Source: Minisyncoccota bacterium
GTDB taxonomy: Bacteria > Patescibacteriota > Minisyncoccia > Phycocordibacterales > UBA12088
Assembly (NCBI GenBank): GCA_041908795.1
Contig: JAYRER010000023.1
Coordinates: 1 to 45,932 of the forward strand
DNA: 45,932 nucleotides
Direction: 5' to 3'
Each line of letters begins with the position of its first letter. Position 1 is the stretch's first letter. A program made the position numbers and the translations under genes. Under the pieces are notes generated by a model. That model worked only from the letters and a program-made list of their open reading frames with translations, did no database searches and had not been told where the DNA came from. Positions 8,799 to 18,461 of this stretch are shown in pieces.

Positions 8799-10178
8799 AT
8801 GGGAAAAACAACGTTGAAAAAACCGGTACATCGAACGCAAGCCGCGAATCGCCCCGTCGTCACCCGCGGACTCACCCGTTCGCTCGTAGAGTACATAAGC
8901 ACAACCAAGAAAGAGCCTGCGTGGATACTTGAGAAGCGCCTCGCGGCGTTTGAGCTCTACCAAAAGGCACGGCTCCCGGCTTGGGGCCCCGACCTGTCGG
9001 GCCTCGACCTCACAAACCTCGTCTACTACATCGACCCCGAGACAGCGGAGCGTACGCGCTGGGACGAGCTCCCGAAAGACATCGTCGACACCTTCGACAA
9101 GCTCGGCATACCGAAAGCGGAGCAAGAGTACTTGGGCGGCGTAGGCGCGCAGTACGACTCCGGCATGGTCTACCACAAGCTCAAGGAAAATCTCGCAAAG
9201 GACGGGGTGGTGTTTGAAAACATGGACACTGCGGTCGAGAAGTACCCCGAGCTCGTGCGTGAATACTTTATGACCACCTGTGTACCCATACACGACCACG
9301 TGTTCGTCATGCTCCATGGTGCGGTGTGGAGCGGCGGCACGTTCATCTACGTCCCCAAGGGTGTGAAGGTTGCAGAGCCGCTCCAGGCCTACTTCCGTAT
9401 GAACCGCTCATCGAGCGGGCAGTTCGAGCATACACTGATTATTGCGGACGAGGGAAGCGAAATCACCTACATCGAAGGATGTAGTGCTCCGCGCTATAAT
9501 GCTTCCTCTCTTCACGCAGGCTGTGTGGAGCTCTTCGTGAAAAAGGGCGCAACTATGAAGTACATCAGCGTTGAGAATTGGTCATTGAATACGTACAATC
9601 TCAACACAAAGCGCGCAATCGTCGAGGAGCACGGGAGCATACAATGGGTGGGCGGTAACATGGGCTCCGGTGTGACGATGCTCTACCCCTCGTCCGTCCT
9701 TGTAGGTGAGGGGGCAAAGAGTGACAACCTTGGGCTCGTCTTTGCGGGCAAGGGCCAAGTACAGGACACGGGCGCGAAAGCGATTCACCTTGCACCCAAC
9801 ACCACTTCGACCATACGCAGTAAATCTGTCTCAAAGGATGGCGGCATAGCAAACTACCGCGGACTCATTAAGGTCGGCCCGCGCGCGACGGGAGCGCGCG
9901 CATCGCTCGTGTGTGACTCACTCCTCATGGATAGCGAGAGCGAGGCGAACACCTACCCCTCCGTCATGAACAAACAGGACGATGTCGAAATCAGTCACGA
10001 GGCGACCATCGGGAAAATCGGCGAGGAAGAGCTCTTCTACCTCATGAGCCGCGGCCTCTCGCGCGATGATGCGGTGCGCATGGTGGTGCAAGGGTTTGTG
10101 GCGCCCATCACCAAAGCTCTGCCGCTTGAGTATGCAGTTGAGTTCAACCGATTGGTGGAGCTTGAGATGGGTATGTAG
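8799..10178 (+). CDS. sufB: Fe-S cluster assembly protein SufB
   Basis: ATG at 8799 within ORF 8718-10178. Conserved SufB core (FEHTLIIADEGSEITYIEGCSAP, GNMGSGVTMLYPS). Confidence 0.9.
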   Translation: MGKTTLKKPVHRTQAANRPVVTRGLTRSLVEYISTTKKEPAWILEKRLAAFELYQKARLPAWGPDLSGLDLTNLVYYIDPETAERTRWDELPKDIVDTFDKLGIPKAEQEYLGGVGAQYDSGMVYHKLKENLAKDGVVFENMDTAVEKYPELVREYFMTTCVPIHDHVFVMLHGAVWSGGTFIYVPKGVKVAEPLQAYFRMNRSSSGQFEHTLIIADEGSEITYIEGCSAPRYNASSLHAGCVELFVKKGATMKYISVENWSLNTYNLNTKRAIVEEHGSIQWVGGNMGSGVTMLYPSSVLVGEGAKSDNLGLVFAGKGQVQDTGAKAIHLAPNTTSTIRSKSVSKDGGIANYRGLIKVGPRATGARASLVCDSLLMDSESEANTYPSVMNKQDDVEISHEATIGKIGEEELFYLMSRGLSRDDAVRMVVQGFVAPITKALPLEYAVEFNRLVELEMGM

Positions 10179-10188
10179 TTACTAGTAT

Positions 10189-11424
10189 ATGACGACAGTT
10201 CCAACTCCATTGACACCCTCAAAGGTAGTGGAAGATTTTCCATCTTGCATGTGCCGACACTACCTCGACACGGCGGCGACCTCGCTCACACCGGAGCCGG
10301 TTCTCACTGCAATAGATGCATACTACCGCGAGTACCGCGCGAGCACGCACCGTGGGTTGTATGCGAGTGCACTACGAGCGAGTGAAGAGTACGAACAAGC
10401 GCGTGCGGATGTGGCACGCTTCATTGGGGCACAGACGGACGAAATTGTATTTACTGCCGGTGCTACGACTTCATCAAATATGCTCACGTATATGCTTGAG
10501 CATTCCTATACATTCACGGAAGGAGACGAACTTGTCACGACTGAGATGGAACACCACGCTTCCCTGCTACCCTTGCAAGAGTTAGCGAATCGAAAAAAGC
10601 TTTTGCTTAGGCATATTCCCATCAAAGGATTCGACCTCGACTACGAACAAGCTGAACAACTCGTTACCGAGCGCACAAAAATCATATCGGTCATGCTCGC
10701 GAGTAATGTCCTCGGTACGGTGAACAACGTGGCGCGTATCGCCCGACGAGCGCATGAGGTCGGTGCACTCATGATTGTCGACGCAACTGCTGCTGTTGGA
10801 CATATCCCTGTTGACGTACGTACGCTTGACTGCGACTTCCTCTACTTTTCGGGACATAAGATGTGTGGGCCGACCGGCATCGGAGTGCTCTACGGGAAAC
10901 GCGAAAAACTTGAAACATTGAAACCGGGACTCTTTGGTGGTGGCACTGTCGAGTCGGTGAGTCTTACAGACGCCACGTACACCAGTGCACCACAACGCTT
11001 CGAAGCAGGCACGCAAAACATCGCCGGAGCCATTGGATTTGGCGCAGCGGTGCGCTATCTCGAAGAGGTCGGCGGTATCGGACTACATCATCATATACAA
11101 ACTATTGTCGAGTACGCGCACGAGCGCCTTTCCACAATCGAAGGACTCACACTCTACAGCGCACCGCCCGAACGTAATGTCGGCATCGTGTCGTTCACGC
11201 TTGAAGGTATCCATCCGCACGACATCGCCCAAGTCTGCGCTGACTATGGAGTCGCTATTCGTGCGGGTCACCACTGTGCCATGCCGCTCCACCGTACACT
11301 CGGCATACCAGCAACTGCGCGCACGAGTGTGTACCTGTACAATACAAGAGCCGATATTGACGTACTTCGCGACGCCCTCTACGGCGCACTGGAGCTTTTC
11401 AACGAACCATACCGCCATGCATGA
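10189..11424 (+). CDS. sufS: cysteine desulfurase SufS (class V aminotransferase)
   Basis: 411 aa. It has the PLP-lysine motif FSGHKMCGPTGIGVLYG and a C-terminal RAGHHCA active-site Cys loop. Confidence 0.9.
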   Translation: MTTVPTPLTPSKVVEDFPSCMCRHYLDTAATSLTPEPVLTAIDAYYREYRASTHRGLYASALRASEEYEQARADVARFIGAQTDEIVFTAGATTSSNMLTYMLEHSYTFTEGDELVTTEMEHHASLLPLQELANRKKLLLRHIPIKGFDLDYEQAEQLVTERTKIISVMLASNVLGTVNNVARIARRAHEVGALMIVDATAAVGHIPVDVRTLDCDFLYFSGHKMCGPTGIGVLYGKREKLETLKPGLFGGGTVESVSLTDATYTSAPQRFEAGTQNIAGAIGFGAAVRYLEEVGGIGLHHHIQTIVEYAHERLSTIEGLTLYSAPPERNVGIVSFTLEGIHPHDIAQVCADYGVAIRAGHHCAMPLHRTLGIPATARTSVYLYNTRADIDVLRDALYGALELFNEPYRHA

Positions 11425-11785
11425 CCTCTACCAAGCCCACGTACTCTCACACGTACAACACCCCCACCATAAGGGCGTGCTCGACCGTTCCACTCACTCG
11501 GGTCACTCTACCAATGCCTCCTGTGGGGATGACCTTACACTCCACCTCCGCATCGAGAACGATACGATCACAGATGCGACTTTTACTGGCACGGGGTGTG
11601 CCATCTCACAAGCCACCGCAAGTATGCTCACTGATGTCCTCATTACTCTGCCCTTCACAGATGCAACACATCTCGCTGAGGCTACGGTCGACCGACTACT
11701 CGGTTTCAAGGTAAGTACTGGGCGTGAAAAGTGCGCGTACCTTTGCCTTGCTGCGCTTCGAAACGCACTTGAAAAACATGAGTAA
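11417..11785 (+). CDS. sufU: SufU/IscU-type Fe-S scaffold
   Basis: 122 aa starting MHDLYQ. The three conserved Cys contexts are present (NASCGD, GTGCAIS, REKCA). The start overlaps the sufS stop. Confidence 0.85.
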   Translation: MHDLYQAHVLSHVQHPHHKGVLDRSTHSGHSTNASCGDDLTLHLRIENDTITDATFTGTGCAISQATASMLTDVLITLPFTDATHLAEATVDRLLGFKVSTGREKCAYLCLAALRNALEKHE

Positions 11786-12461
11786 GCTCGAATTAAAAAA
11801 TATCTCCGTCGAAGTTGCGGGCGTTGAAGTTGTTCACGACGCCTCACTTACACTTGAGGGCGGTACGCTTGTGTTGCTTGAGGGCAAGAACGGCTCGGGA
11901 AAGAGCTCACTCGTGCAGGCGGTAATAGGTCACCCGCACTATATAGTCACCAAAGGTGAGATCATACTCGACGGAGAAGCAATCACGCAACTCCCACCCC
12001 ACGAAAAAGCCAAGAGGGGGTTGTTCCTCTCATTTCAACACGTGCCTAAGGTGGGCGGCGTTACCCTCGCGACGTTCCTCCACAAAGCGTACGAAGCGAC
12101 ACACTGTCGCGAGGTACCCGCACTTCAGTTCTACTTGGAACAAAAAGAACGTATCGAAACTCTTAACCTTAACGCTGCACTCCTCGACAAACCGGTGACG
12201 GAAGGACTTTCAGGAGGCGAACGCAAGCAGAGCGAGCTCATCCAACTCGTGGTGCTTGAACCACGATTCGCACTTCTCGATGAACTTGATTCCGGTGTTG
12301 ATCAGGTATCCATACACAGTATGCACACCACCATTACCCACCTCACACAAATGGGTACCGGAATCCTTATGATTTCTCACCTTCCACAAACGACACAAAC
12401 CCTATCATTCGACAATGTCTCCACCATGTGCGACGGTATAGTAACCAGCGACCCATTATGA
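11778..12461 (+). CDS. sufC: Fe-S cluster assembly ATPase SufC
   Basis: Starts MSKLELKNISV. It has a Walker A (GKNGSGKSS), an LSGGERK signature and LLDELDSGVD. ATGA-type overlap with sufU. Confidence 0.9.
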   Translation: MSKLELKNISVEVAGVEVVHDASLTLEGGTLVLLEGKNGSGKSSLVQAVIGHPHYIVTKGEIILDGEAITQLPPHEKAKRGLFLSFQHVPKVGGVTLATFLHKAYEATHCREVPALQFYLEQKERIETLNLNAALLDKPVTEGLSGGERKQSELIQLVVLEPRFALLDELDSGVDQVSIHSMHTTITHLTQMGTGILMISHLPQTTQTLSFDNVSTMCDGIVTSDPL

Positions 12462-13042
12462 AAAAGATCCTCATCATCCTTGGTCACCCTCGCTCGCAGA
12501 GTTTCACCGGCGCTCTTGTTGAGGCGTACGCCAATGGAGCCAAGCGGGCGGGTGCAACGGTAGAAATACTCCGTATTGGTGAAATGTCGTTCGATCCCAT
12601 ACTCCGCGCAGGCTATGCGGAAATACAGGAGCTTGAGCCTGACCTTGTGCACTTTCAGGAAGCAATCACACGTGCCGAACATCTCGTCTTCGTCTACCCA
12701 ACGTGGTGGGGAGGACCACCCGCTCTCCTGCGAGACCTTCTTGAACGAGCGGTTCTGCCAGGTTTCGGCTTCAAGTACCATAAGAACGACCCATTTTGGG
12801 ATAAACTTCTTAAGGGCAAATCAGCACGCATCATCACCACCATGGACGCACCCTACTGGTACTACCGTTTGGTATTTGGAGCACCGGGGGATCGGATGCT
12901 CAAGAATGCCGTCCTTAATTTCTGTGGGGTACGACCTGTACGATTCACACACGTAAGTGGCATGCGTGCTAAAAGTGATGCGTGGCGGACAAATGTGATT
13001 ACTAAGATACAACACTTGGGTGAGCATGAGGGACGCGCATAA
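12458..13042 (+). CDS. flavodoxin-fold NAD(P)H-dependent oxidoreductase (Flavodoxin_2/KefF-like)
   Basis: Starts MKKILIILGHPRSQSF and contains YPTWWGGPPALLR, typical of the NAD(P)H dehydrogenase (quinone) fold. The start overlaps the sufC stop. Confidence 0.75.
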   Translation: MKKILIILGHPRSQSFTGALVEAYANGAKRAGATVEILRIGEMSFDPILRAGYAEIQELEPDLVHFQEAITRAEHLVFVYPTWWGGPPALLRDLLERAVLPGFGFKYHKNDPFWDKLLKGKSARIITTMDAPYWYYRLVFGAPGDRMLKNAVLNFCGVRPVRFTHVSGMRAKSDAWRTNVITKIQHLGEHEGRA

Positions 13043-13083
13043 ATTCACTACTGCACCACAAATAGTGCCGGTGTACAGTTGAT

Positions 13084-14745
13084 TTACAAGATAAGTTTCT
13101 TGGTTGTTACATGCCTCTTAGTATACAAGGTACCAAGCATACTAGTGGGTACCTTCACCACACACAGGTTCAGTTCCCGAGCGGTTATGGCCACATGTGT
13201 AAGCGGCATGAAGCAAGAACAGACAATTCCCTTCATGTTTCCCATGTAGGGAATCCACGTACTTGGCACATGATGTGTTACCACGACACACCCCTTGGGA
13301 AATGGGCCACGATATGAATCAGGATCCCTCACCGCAACCACTTGACCTGAGGTGTGTGCCCCAATGATAAGCTCCACCTCGTCACCTACGTCATGTGGCT
13401 GTACACCGATCACGCTATGGGGTAGTTCTTGCTCGTATCTCGTGTCTGCTTCGCTAAAATTTCTATCGGCATACTCTTCATAGGTACAAAAGGCCATAGC
13501 GGGGTTGGTGCGCACCTCTGCACGCAGGGGAGTAATTGTGCGCATAAAATGCCGTTTCCAAACATTAGTAAGTGTATCGTTTGGGTAACATTCCACATCG
13601 ATATTTTCTGACAGTTCATACTCTTGTGGGAGCGCGTAGGTGGACCTTGTGCGTGTGAGGATCATTTGATTAAGCTCTGCAATCTGTAAACGATCGAACG
13701 CAAACTGACACGCTTGTATTGAAAATCGTTCGATTGATGGTGTAAATGACTTCGCCTCCTCCCATAATACCTTTTCTATTGATCTCGCTTTGAAACTTCG
13801 TGCGAATGCACTGTACCATGACTGGTTACTGAAGTAGCGTCTTTTCGCATCGCTCTCTGTTACAATGTTACCCGTACGCAAACGTCGAAATGGTACTGAA
13901 CCGCCTCCCAAGGACATAGTCGTATGGTAGTGGTGCGCATGAGCAAAAAGGAACTCTAGCAGTGAAAAGGAAAGACATGAAAGCTTTCCGAATGCTTCCG
14001 CGTATTGATCGTACTCATGCCGCATGTCACCAGCGATTGCTTCAAGCGATGCGGTATGAAGAGAGGTCGGAGCTATTGTGACCGGCCGAACTTGAACCAG
14101 CCAGAGTTGTTCACCGTCATATACCCACTCCGCATCTATGCGATACGGACAGTGGGACTGTACGTGCGCAAGCATGAGTTGCAGTTTCTCTCTCAGAGTG
14201 GATGTAAGGAGAAAGTCTTGCATGTCATCGTGTGCAGTTCCATCTAAAGGGAACAGTACTGTTTTTGTGCCAGCCCCACCTTCGACAACCTCCTTGGCAG
14301 TTTGGGCATAGGAAAGTAATGCGTGTTTGTAAAAGTAAAGCCACGGGTAGAAAATAACCCCACCGCATGTAGAGTTAACGTATGGCATTACCAGTAGATG
14401 GACTGGGGGGTGCGTTTCTAATGCCGCTGCACGCGCCTTGTTATTGTTGTATATTTCAAGCACCATTTCCGCCACATCGCCTGCAGGTGTCGGGCCAGAG
14501 GTGAGAAACATACCAGCATAGGAGGATTCGTGACCGTCCTCACACACAAGTGCACTTCTCACAATGTAGTGTTGCTTTGCGGTTTGTTGTACAAAGTTAT
14601 CCACTAACACCACACGTGTCTTTTCTTCCAAAATGCTGTCCTCATCTAGGTACAGCATATCCGGTACAGCAATCCCTTTCCGCGCTAAATCAAGCAATGT
14701 TGTGTACTTTGTTGAGGTGGCGCTTTTTGTTTGTATACCGAACAT
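13084..14745 (-). CDS. PEP-utilising enzyme family phosphotransferase (ATP-grasp PPDK_N-like N-terminus plus C-terminal swivel His domain)
   Basis: 553 aa. The N-terminus IVRSALVCEDGHESSYAGMF resembles the pyruvate phosphate dikinase nucleotide-binding domain. The C-terminus PLTHVAITARELNLCVV resembles the phospho-His mobile domain. There is no TIM-barrel domain. Confidence 0.7.
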   Translation of the reverse strand: MFGIQTKSATSTKYTTLLDLARKGIAVPDMLYLDEDSILEEKTRVVLVDNFVQQTAKQHYIVRSALVCEDGHESSYAGMFLTSGPTPAGDVAEMVLEIYNNNKARAAALETHPPVHLLVMPYVNSTCGGVIFYPWLYFYKHALLSYAQTAKEVVEGGAGTKTVLFPLDGTAHDDMQDFLLTSTLREKLQLMLAHVQSHCPYRIDAEWVYDGEQLWLVQVRPVTIAPTSLHTASLEAIAGDMRHEYDQYAEAFGKLSCLSFSLLEFLFAHAHHYHTTMSLGGGSVPFRRLRTGNIVTESDAKRRYFSNQSWYSAFARSFKARSIEKVLWEEAKSFTPSIERFSIQACQFAFDRLQIAELNQMILTRTRSTYALPQEYELSENIDVECYPNDTLTNVWKRHFMRTITPLRAEVRTNPAMAFCTYEEYADRNFSEADTRYEQELPHSVIGVQPHDVGDEVELIIGAHTSGQVVAVRDPDSYRGPFPKGCVVVTHHVPSTWIPYMGNMKGIVCSCFMPLTHVAITARELNLCVVKVPTSMLGTLYTKRHVTTKKLIL

Positions 14746-14748
14746 GTA

Positions 14749-15843
14749 CTAGTGCGGGAGTAAACTAGGCTGTGGCATCATATAGACACCGACGACGTCT
14801 ATATTCCTCCTAAGTAAGTCCTCAAAAAATATTTCCGCTTGATAGCAACTCAATGGACTGTTGCAAATGGCAAGGTAGCTTGCGTGTGTATCAAGAGCAT
14901 CCAAAAACGCTTTTATTTCTGCAGTAGTCATAAACTCTCTAAAAAAGCGAGTGGAGATCGGTAGGTTTTGAGTGTCTGTGTAGTAGCGAGGTGCGCGCAT
15001 GTCCACAAGCAAAGCCCCTTTGTCTACCGCACGGTGCGTATATTCGGCACTAATGAAATGTTTTCTTTTTTCTATACCCGGTGCATCCACCGTCCCCTTA
15101 AATGCAGGTAGTTGATCGTGACGTACGTTGTAAAGAAGTCCTTTACTCAATTGATGCAGTTGCATAAACCCTTTCTCTTCAAGAAATTTTATTGCCACAG
15201 ACCCCGTCGATCCCATGTAGCATACAAGTAACATTGGTTGATTCTTATATTGCACAAGTGACATCCATTCACCACGTATCAGGTCTGCAAAACGTACATT
15301 CAAACTTCCTTCAATGTGACCGGCTTCATATGCGTAGTGCTCACGAATATCCACAATTAGGTAGTTCTCGTTTGCAAATTTACTCTGAAAGTCGTTCCAA
15401 GAAATTTCCTTTTCAAAGGAAAGGAGAGAGTAGCGCGCTTCGTGCTCTGTAGAGGTGGCATTATAAACCGGCTCATAGTAACTCCAGAGTGCTTGCATAT
15501 CATTTGCAATTTGAATGCGAGCTTCATTCAATTGTCTCTCGACGCTTATTTGGTACAACACCATATATGTCCCGATGCCTATCACCAACGTTACCATCAA
15601 AGTAACGAGTAGTACCCTGTAGGTGTGGTGGTGCCACAGCCTTGTTAAGAGAAGCCGAATCGTTGACAGCACCGCAACGAAGCTCGCGAAAGCGAAACCT
15701 GTACTCATTAGAAACAATTGAAATGTTGAAATGACAAGCTCAGGAGGGGCTATTGCTGCTACGTCACGAAGAGGTAGGAACATCCCAAGACTTGCTACCA
15801 TAAACACACGCGGGTATACGTTTCTTCTCTTTTGCATACTCAC
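14749..15843 (-). CDS. membrane-anchored tandem rhodanese-domain protein
   Basis: 364 aa with N-terminal hydrophobic helices and a rhodanese-like domain carrying the CYMGSTGS active-site loop. The second domain is degenerate. Confidence 0.7.
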   Translation of the reverse strand: MSMQKRRNVYPRVFMVASLGMFLPLRDVAAIAPPELVISTFQLFLMSTGFAFASFVAVLSTIRLLLTRLWHHHTYRVLLVTLMVTLVIGIGTYMVLYQISVERQLNEARIQIANDMQALWSYYEPVYNATSTEHEARYSLLSFEKEISWNDFQSKFANENYLIVDIREHYAYEAGHIEGSLNVRFADLIRGEWMSLVQYKNQPMLLVCYMGSTGSVAIKFLEEKGFMQLHQLSKGLLYNVRHDQLPAFKGTVDAPGIEKRKHFISAEYTHRAVDKGALLVDMRAPRYYTDTQNLPISTRFFREFMTTAEIKAFLDALDTHASYLAICNSPLSCYQAEIFFEDLLRRNIDVVGVYMMPQPSLLPH

Positions 15844-15987
15844 ATGTCGCTGATCATCATGCTTGGTATAGGCGGTACATCTACAGTGATCACGAGCGGC
15901 TTACTTATTGTACGCACTAACACACTTCTCACAAAACATGTGTGTTACTCATGCAACACCTTATGAAAGGCATATGAAACAAGACGC

Positions 15988-16776
15988 TCAAGTGGACACC
16001 TTTGTAGGAAATATGGTTCCTAGCTCCCGTATCATATGTGCTGTAAAAGCGTCAGAAATAGAAGATAGAAGAAAAGAGGTGGTCCCTTGTCCTACTGTTT
16101 TGAAACGGGTCACCACAACATCAGCAACCGCCTCGGCGGGATCGACCACAGTAAGTTCCACACCAAGTTCGTCGAGTGTTTCCTCGAACACGGTACGCAC
16201 AAGTGGGTAATGGGTGCACCCTAAAAGGAGTGTGTCGTAGCCCTCGTGCACTGTACGCCCAAGGGCAGCGCGTACCAAGTTGCGCTGTTGTTCCATTGGA
16301 GCACCGGCCTCTATGAGAGAAACAAGGTCAGGAATCGCAACCCCGGTTGCTTCTATGCCAATCATGCGAAAGCCATCCTGGTACACCCCACTTTCAACGG
16401 TCGCTCTAGTCGCCACTATTAGTACCTTGGTCTTGCGACCTTTAAAACTTGCCACAGTGGGACCTACCATTTCTATAAGGGAGACGCGCGGGAGGTTTAG
16501 TATCTCGAACATGGGGAGCACGATGGAGACCGAGACACTGTTGCAAGCACTCACAATTTCCGTCGCCCCCTCGTCAATAAGCTTCTGGATTCCAAGCACC
16601 GTGAGTGCTCCCAACTCCTCCCTGCTCTTGTTCCCATACGGCGCATTCTTGAGATCACCGAAGTACAGAACATCGGCCTGAGGAGCGCGTGCGCGCAAGG
16701 CTTTTAGGACTGAGAGGCCTCCGCTTCCTGAGTCAAAGATGCCGATCATATGTATAGGTACCTTGGCGACAATCAA
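15988..16776 (-). CDS. murI: glutamate racemase
   Basis: Contains IGIFDSGSGGLSV and LLGCTHYPL motifs. The Met at 16749 is an alternative start. Confidence 0.9.
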   Translation of the reverse strand: MIVAKVPIHMIGIFDSGSGGLSVLKALRARAPQADVLYFGDLKNAPYGNKSREELGALTVLGIQKLIDEGATEIVSACNSVSVSIVLPMFEILNLPRVSLIEMVGPTVASFKGRKTKVLIVATRATVESGVYQDGFRMIGIEATGVAIPDLVSLIEAGAPMEQQRNLVRAALGRTVHEGYDTLLLGCTHYPLVRTVFEETLDELGVELTVVDPAEAVADVVVTRFKTVGQGTTSFLLSSISDAFTAHMIRELGTIFPTKVST

Positions 16777-16810
16777 GAGCAGATGATGTGATCAAAGCTC
16801 GTGCTTCCTA

Positions 16811-17308
16811 CTACTTGATCTCGCTCGGTTCGGATTTAATCTCAGAATGAAATGTAGAGGTTGGAGTTTGTGTTGACGTGCGCGAGGACTTCTTCGTCAT
16901 GACCAGAGAATGGATGAAGTACGCTGTGAGTAATAAAACGGCAACAACTTCCGAGATTAAACCGGTCAGAAGAGCAACAAATTCCATTGCATGCCCGTCC
17001 AACCCACATTCGGGCAGTGTACAGGGGTCACCAAACTGTCCATAAAAGAGCACGGGCAACAGCCTCCATGATACCAACAATAACACAACCCTAACCGCAT
17101 GTTCGAGTGCTGTAAAAAGAATTGATTTTACCAATGCAAAGATCACGCACTTTAGCGTTCCAGCGCCAATCGATACATTTCTGTGCCTAAGTAGAGCGCT
17201 CACGGCAGCAGCAGCGACAAGACTTGAGAGTAAGGGAACGACGACATACATAGAAAACATAAGAAATTCCCATGAAATACCCGTTCGACTGGCGATAAAA
17301 TCTAGCAT
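16811..17308 (-). CDS. hypothetical multi-pass membrane protein
   Basis: 165 aa with four hydrophobic segments. No motif recognised. Confidence 0.5.
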   Translation of the reverse strand: MLDFIASRTGISWEFLMFSMYVVVPLLSSLVAAAAVSALLRHRNVSIGAGTLKCVIFALVKSILFTALEHAVRVVLLLVSWRLLPVLFYGQFGDPCTLPECGLDGHAMEFVALLTGLISEVVAVLLLTAYFIHSLVMTKKSSRTSTQTPTSTFHSEIKSEPSEIK

Positions 17309-17437
17309 ATTAAATGACTGTACTAAGTATTAAACATGGCTCTAGACTTGCTTAGAGCCTTGAAAAATTGTATTAAAATTCTTTCATAGTGTCTACGGTT
17401 ACTCATATTCTCTCTCGCACCAAGTCTTACTACACAT

Positions 17438-17548
17438 TACGGCGCATTCTTAAGATCGCCAAAGTACACCCGTCAGCAAACGGGGCACGCTCACGCAGCG
17501 CCTTGAGGACTGAGAGTCCACCGCTGCCTGAGTCAAAATACCTATCAT
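17438..17548 (-). pseudogene. frameshifted duplicate of the murI 5' end
   Basis: About 110 nt aligning to 16638-16750 (ATGATAGGTATTTTGACTCAGG... versus ATGATCGGCATCTTTGACTCAGG...). A 1-nt deletion breaks the frame after codon 4. Confidence 0.7.
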
Positions 17549-17588
17549 GCGAGCGGGATTAACGTCGTGTAATGGCAAAGATGTAGTC

Positions 17589-18365
17589 TCAGGCGGCCTC
17601 CTTAATCTCTACACGTCCCGGTGCATTCGGTTGCTGTCGTTCTAGTGTATCGAACGCACGAATGGCTGCGTGCAACGCAGCTATTGAACCCGCCGAGTCA
17701 TTGGTGAGTGCGTCACGAAGAACATCAAAAAAGTGATTGAGTTTTGAATCACTGCGATCATTGTGACCAGTAAGGCCGTTTTCCGAAAGACGACTTCCGA
17801 ACCGTTGCGCAAAAAGCATATCGAGTACGCGTGATATACTCTTTCCCGGTTGTCCAATGTAGAGTTCTTCCTCATCATTAATTTCATGATTGAGCGCATT
17901 GAAAACTTCCGCCGCCCGCTTCGCATCAGACCCGCCGGCATCGTACCGTTCCACGAATAGGCTCGTAAGTTTACTGATTTCTCTATCGATACGGGCTGTA
18001 TTCGACTCCTGCGTTTGCTCGATGCTCGCAGGTGTAGATTGTGATTCTGTCGTACCAGCAGGTGACATGCGCAGTTCGTTCATGAATTCCTCCAATTTCT
18101 GTGTACGCTCTTCGTCGTTTTGGGCACTATCAAATTGTTCAGCCAAATTTGACACCTCTGATCCGGGCTCCAGCCATGCCCCCTCCGCGCGTGACTTAAT
18201 CTGTAGCCACACTGGGTCTTCAGAACGCATACCAGCGACCACACGAGCACGCTCGAGCAAGTCACCAAATGCCTTCATTTGAGCCTCCACTGAACTACCG
18301 CCCGACACAAACTCCGCGGGCACGGATTCAGAATTGTTAGAATCTTCTGCTTCTTTGTAGTTCAT
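17589..18365 (-). CDS. hypothetical acidic protein
   Basis: 258-aa ORF with no internal stops. Composition is Glu/Asp/Ser-rich. No motif recognised. Confidence 0.55.
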   Translation of the reverse strand: MNYKEAEDSNNSESVPAEFVSGGSSVEAQMKAFGDLLERARVVAGMRSEDPVWLQIKSRAEGAWLEPGSEVSNLAEQFDSAQNDEERTQKLEEFMNELRMSPAGTTESQSTPASIEQTQESNTARIDREISKLTSLFVERYDAGGSDAKRAAEVFNALNHEINDEEELYIGQPGKSISRVLDMLFAQRFGSRLSENGLTGHNDRSDSKLNHFFDVLRDALTNDSAGSIAALHAAIRAFDTLERQQPNAPGRVEIKEAA

Positions 18366-18461
18366 GATACCAGTGTGTTACATGATAGGAACTATCATGC
18401 CTATTTTCTAATGCGTCACGCTATTCATACAGAAAACCTTACCACGCTAAATGCGTCCGGT

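Noticed and set aside
10985-11416. Upstream two-thirds of the 266-aa ORF 10985-11785
   Set aside because: It overlaps sufS in another frame. Only the last 122 codons (from the ATG at 11417) show the SufU/IscU motifs.
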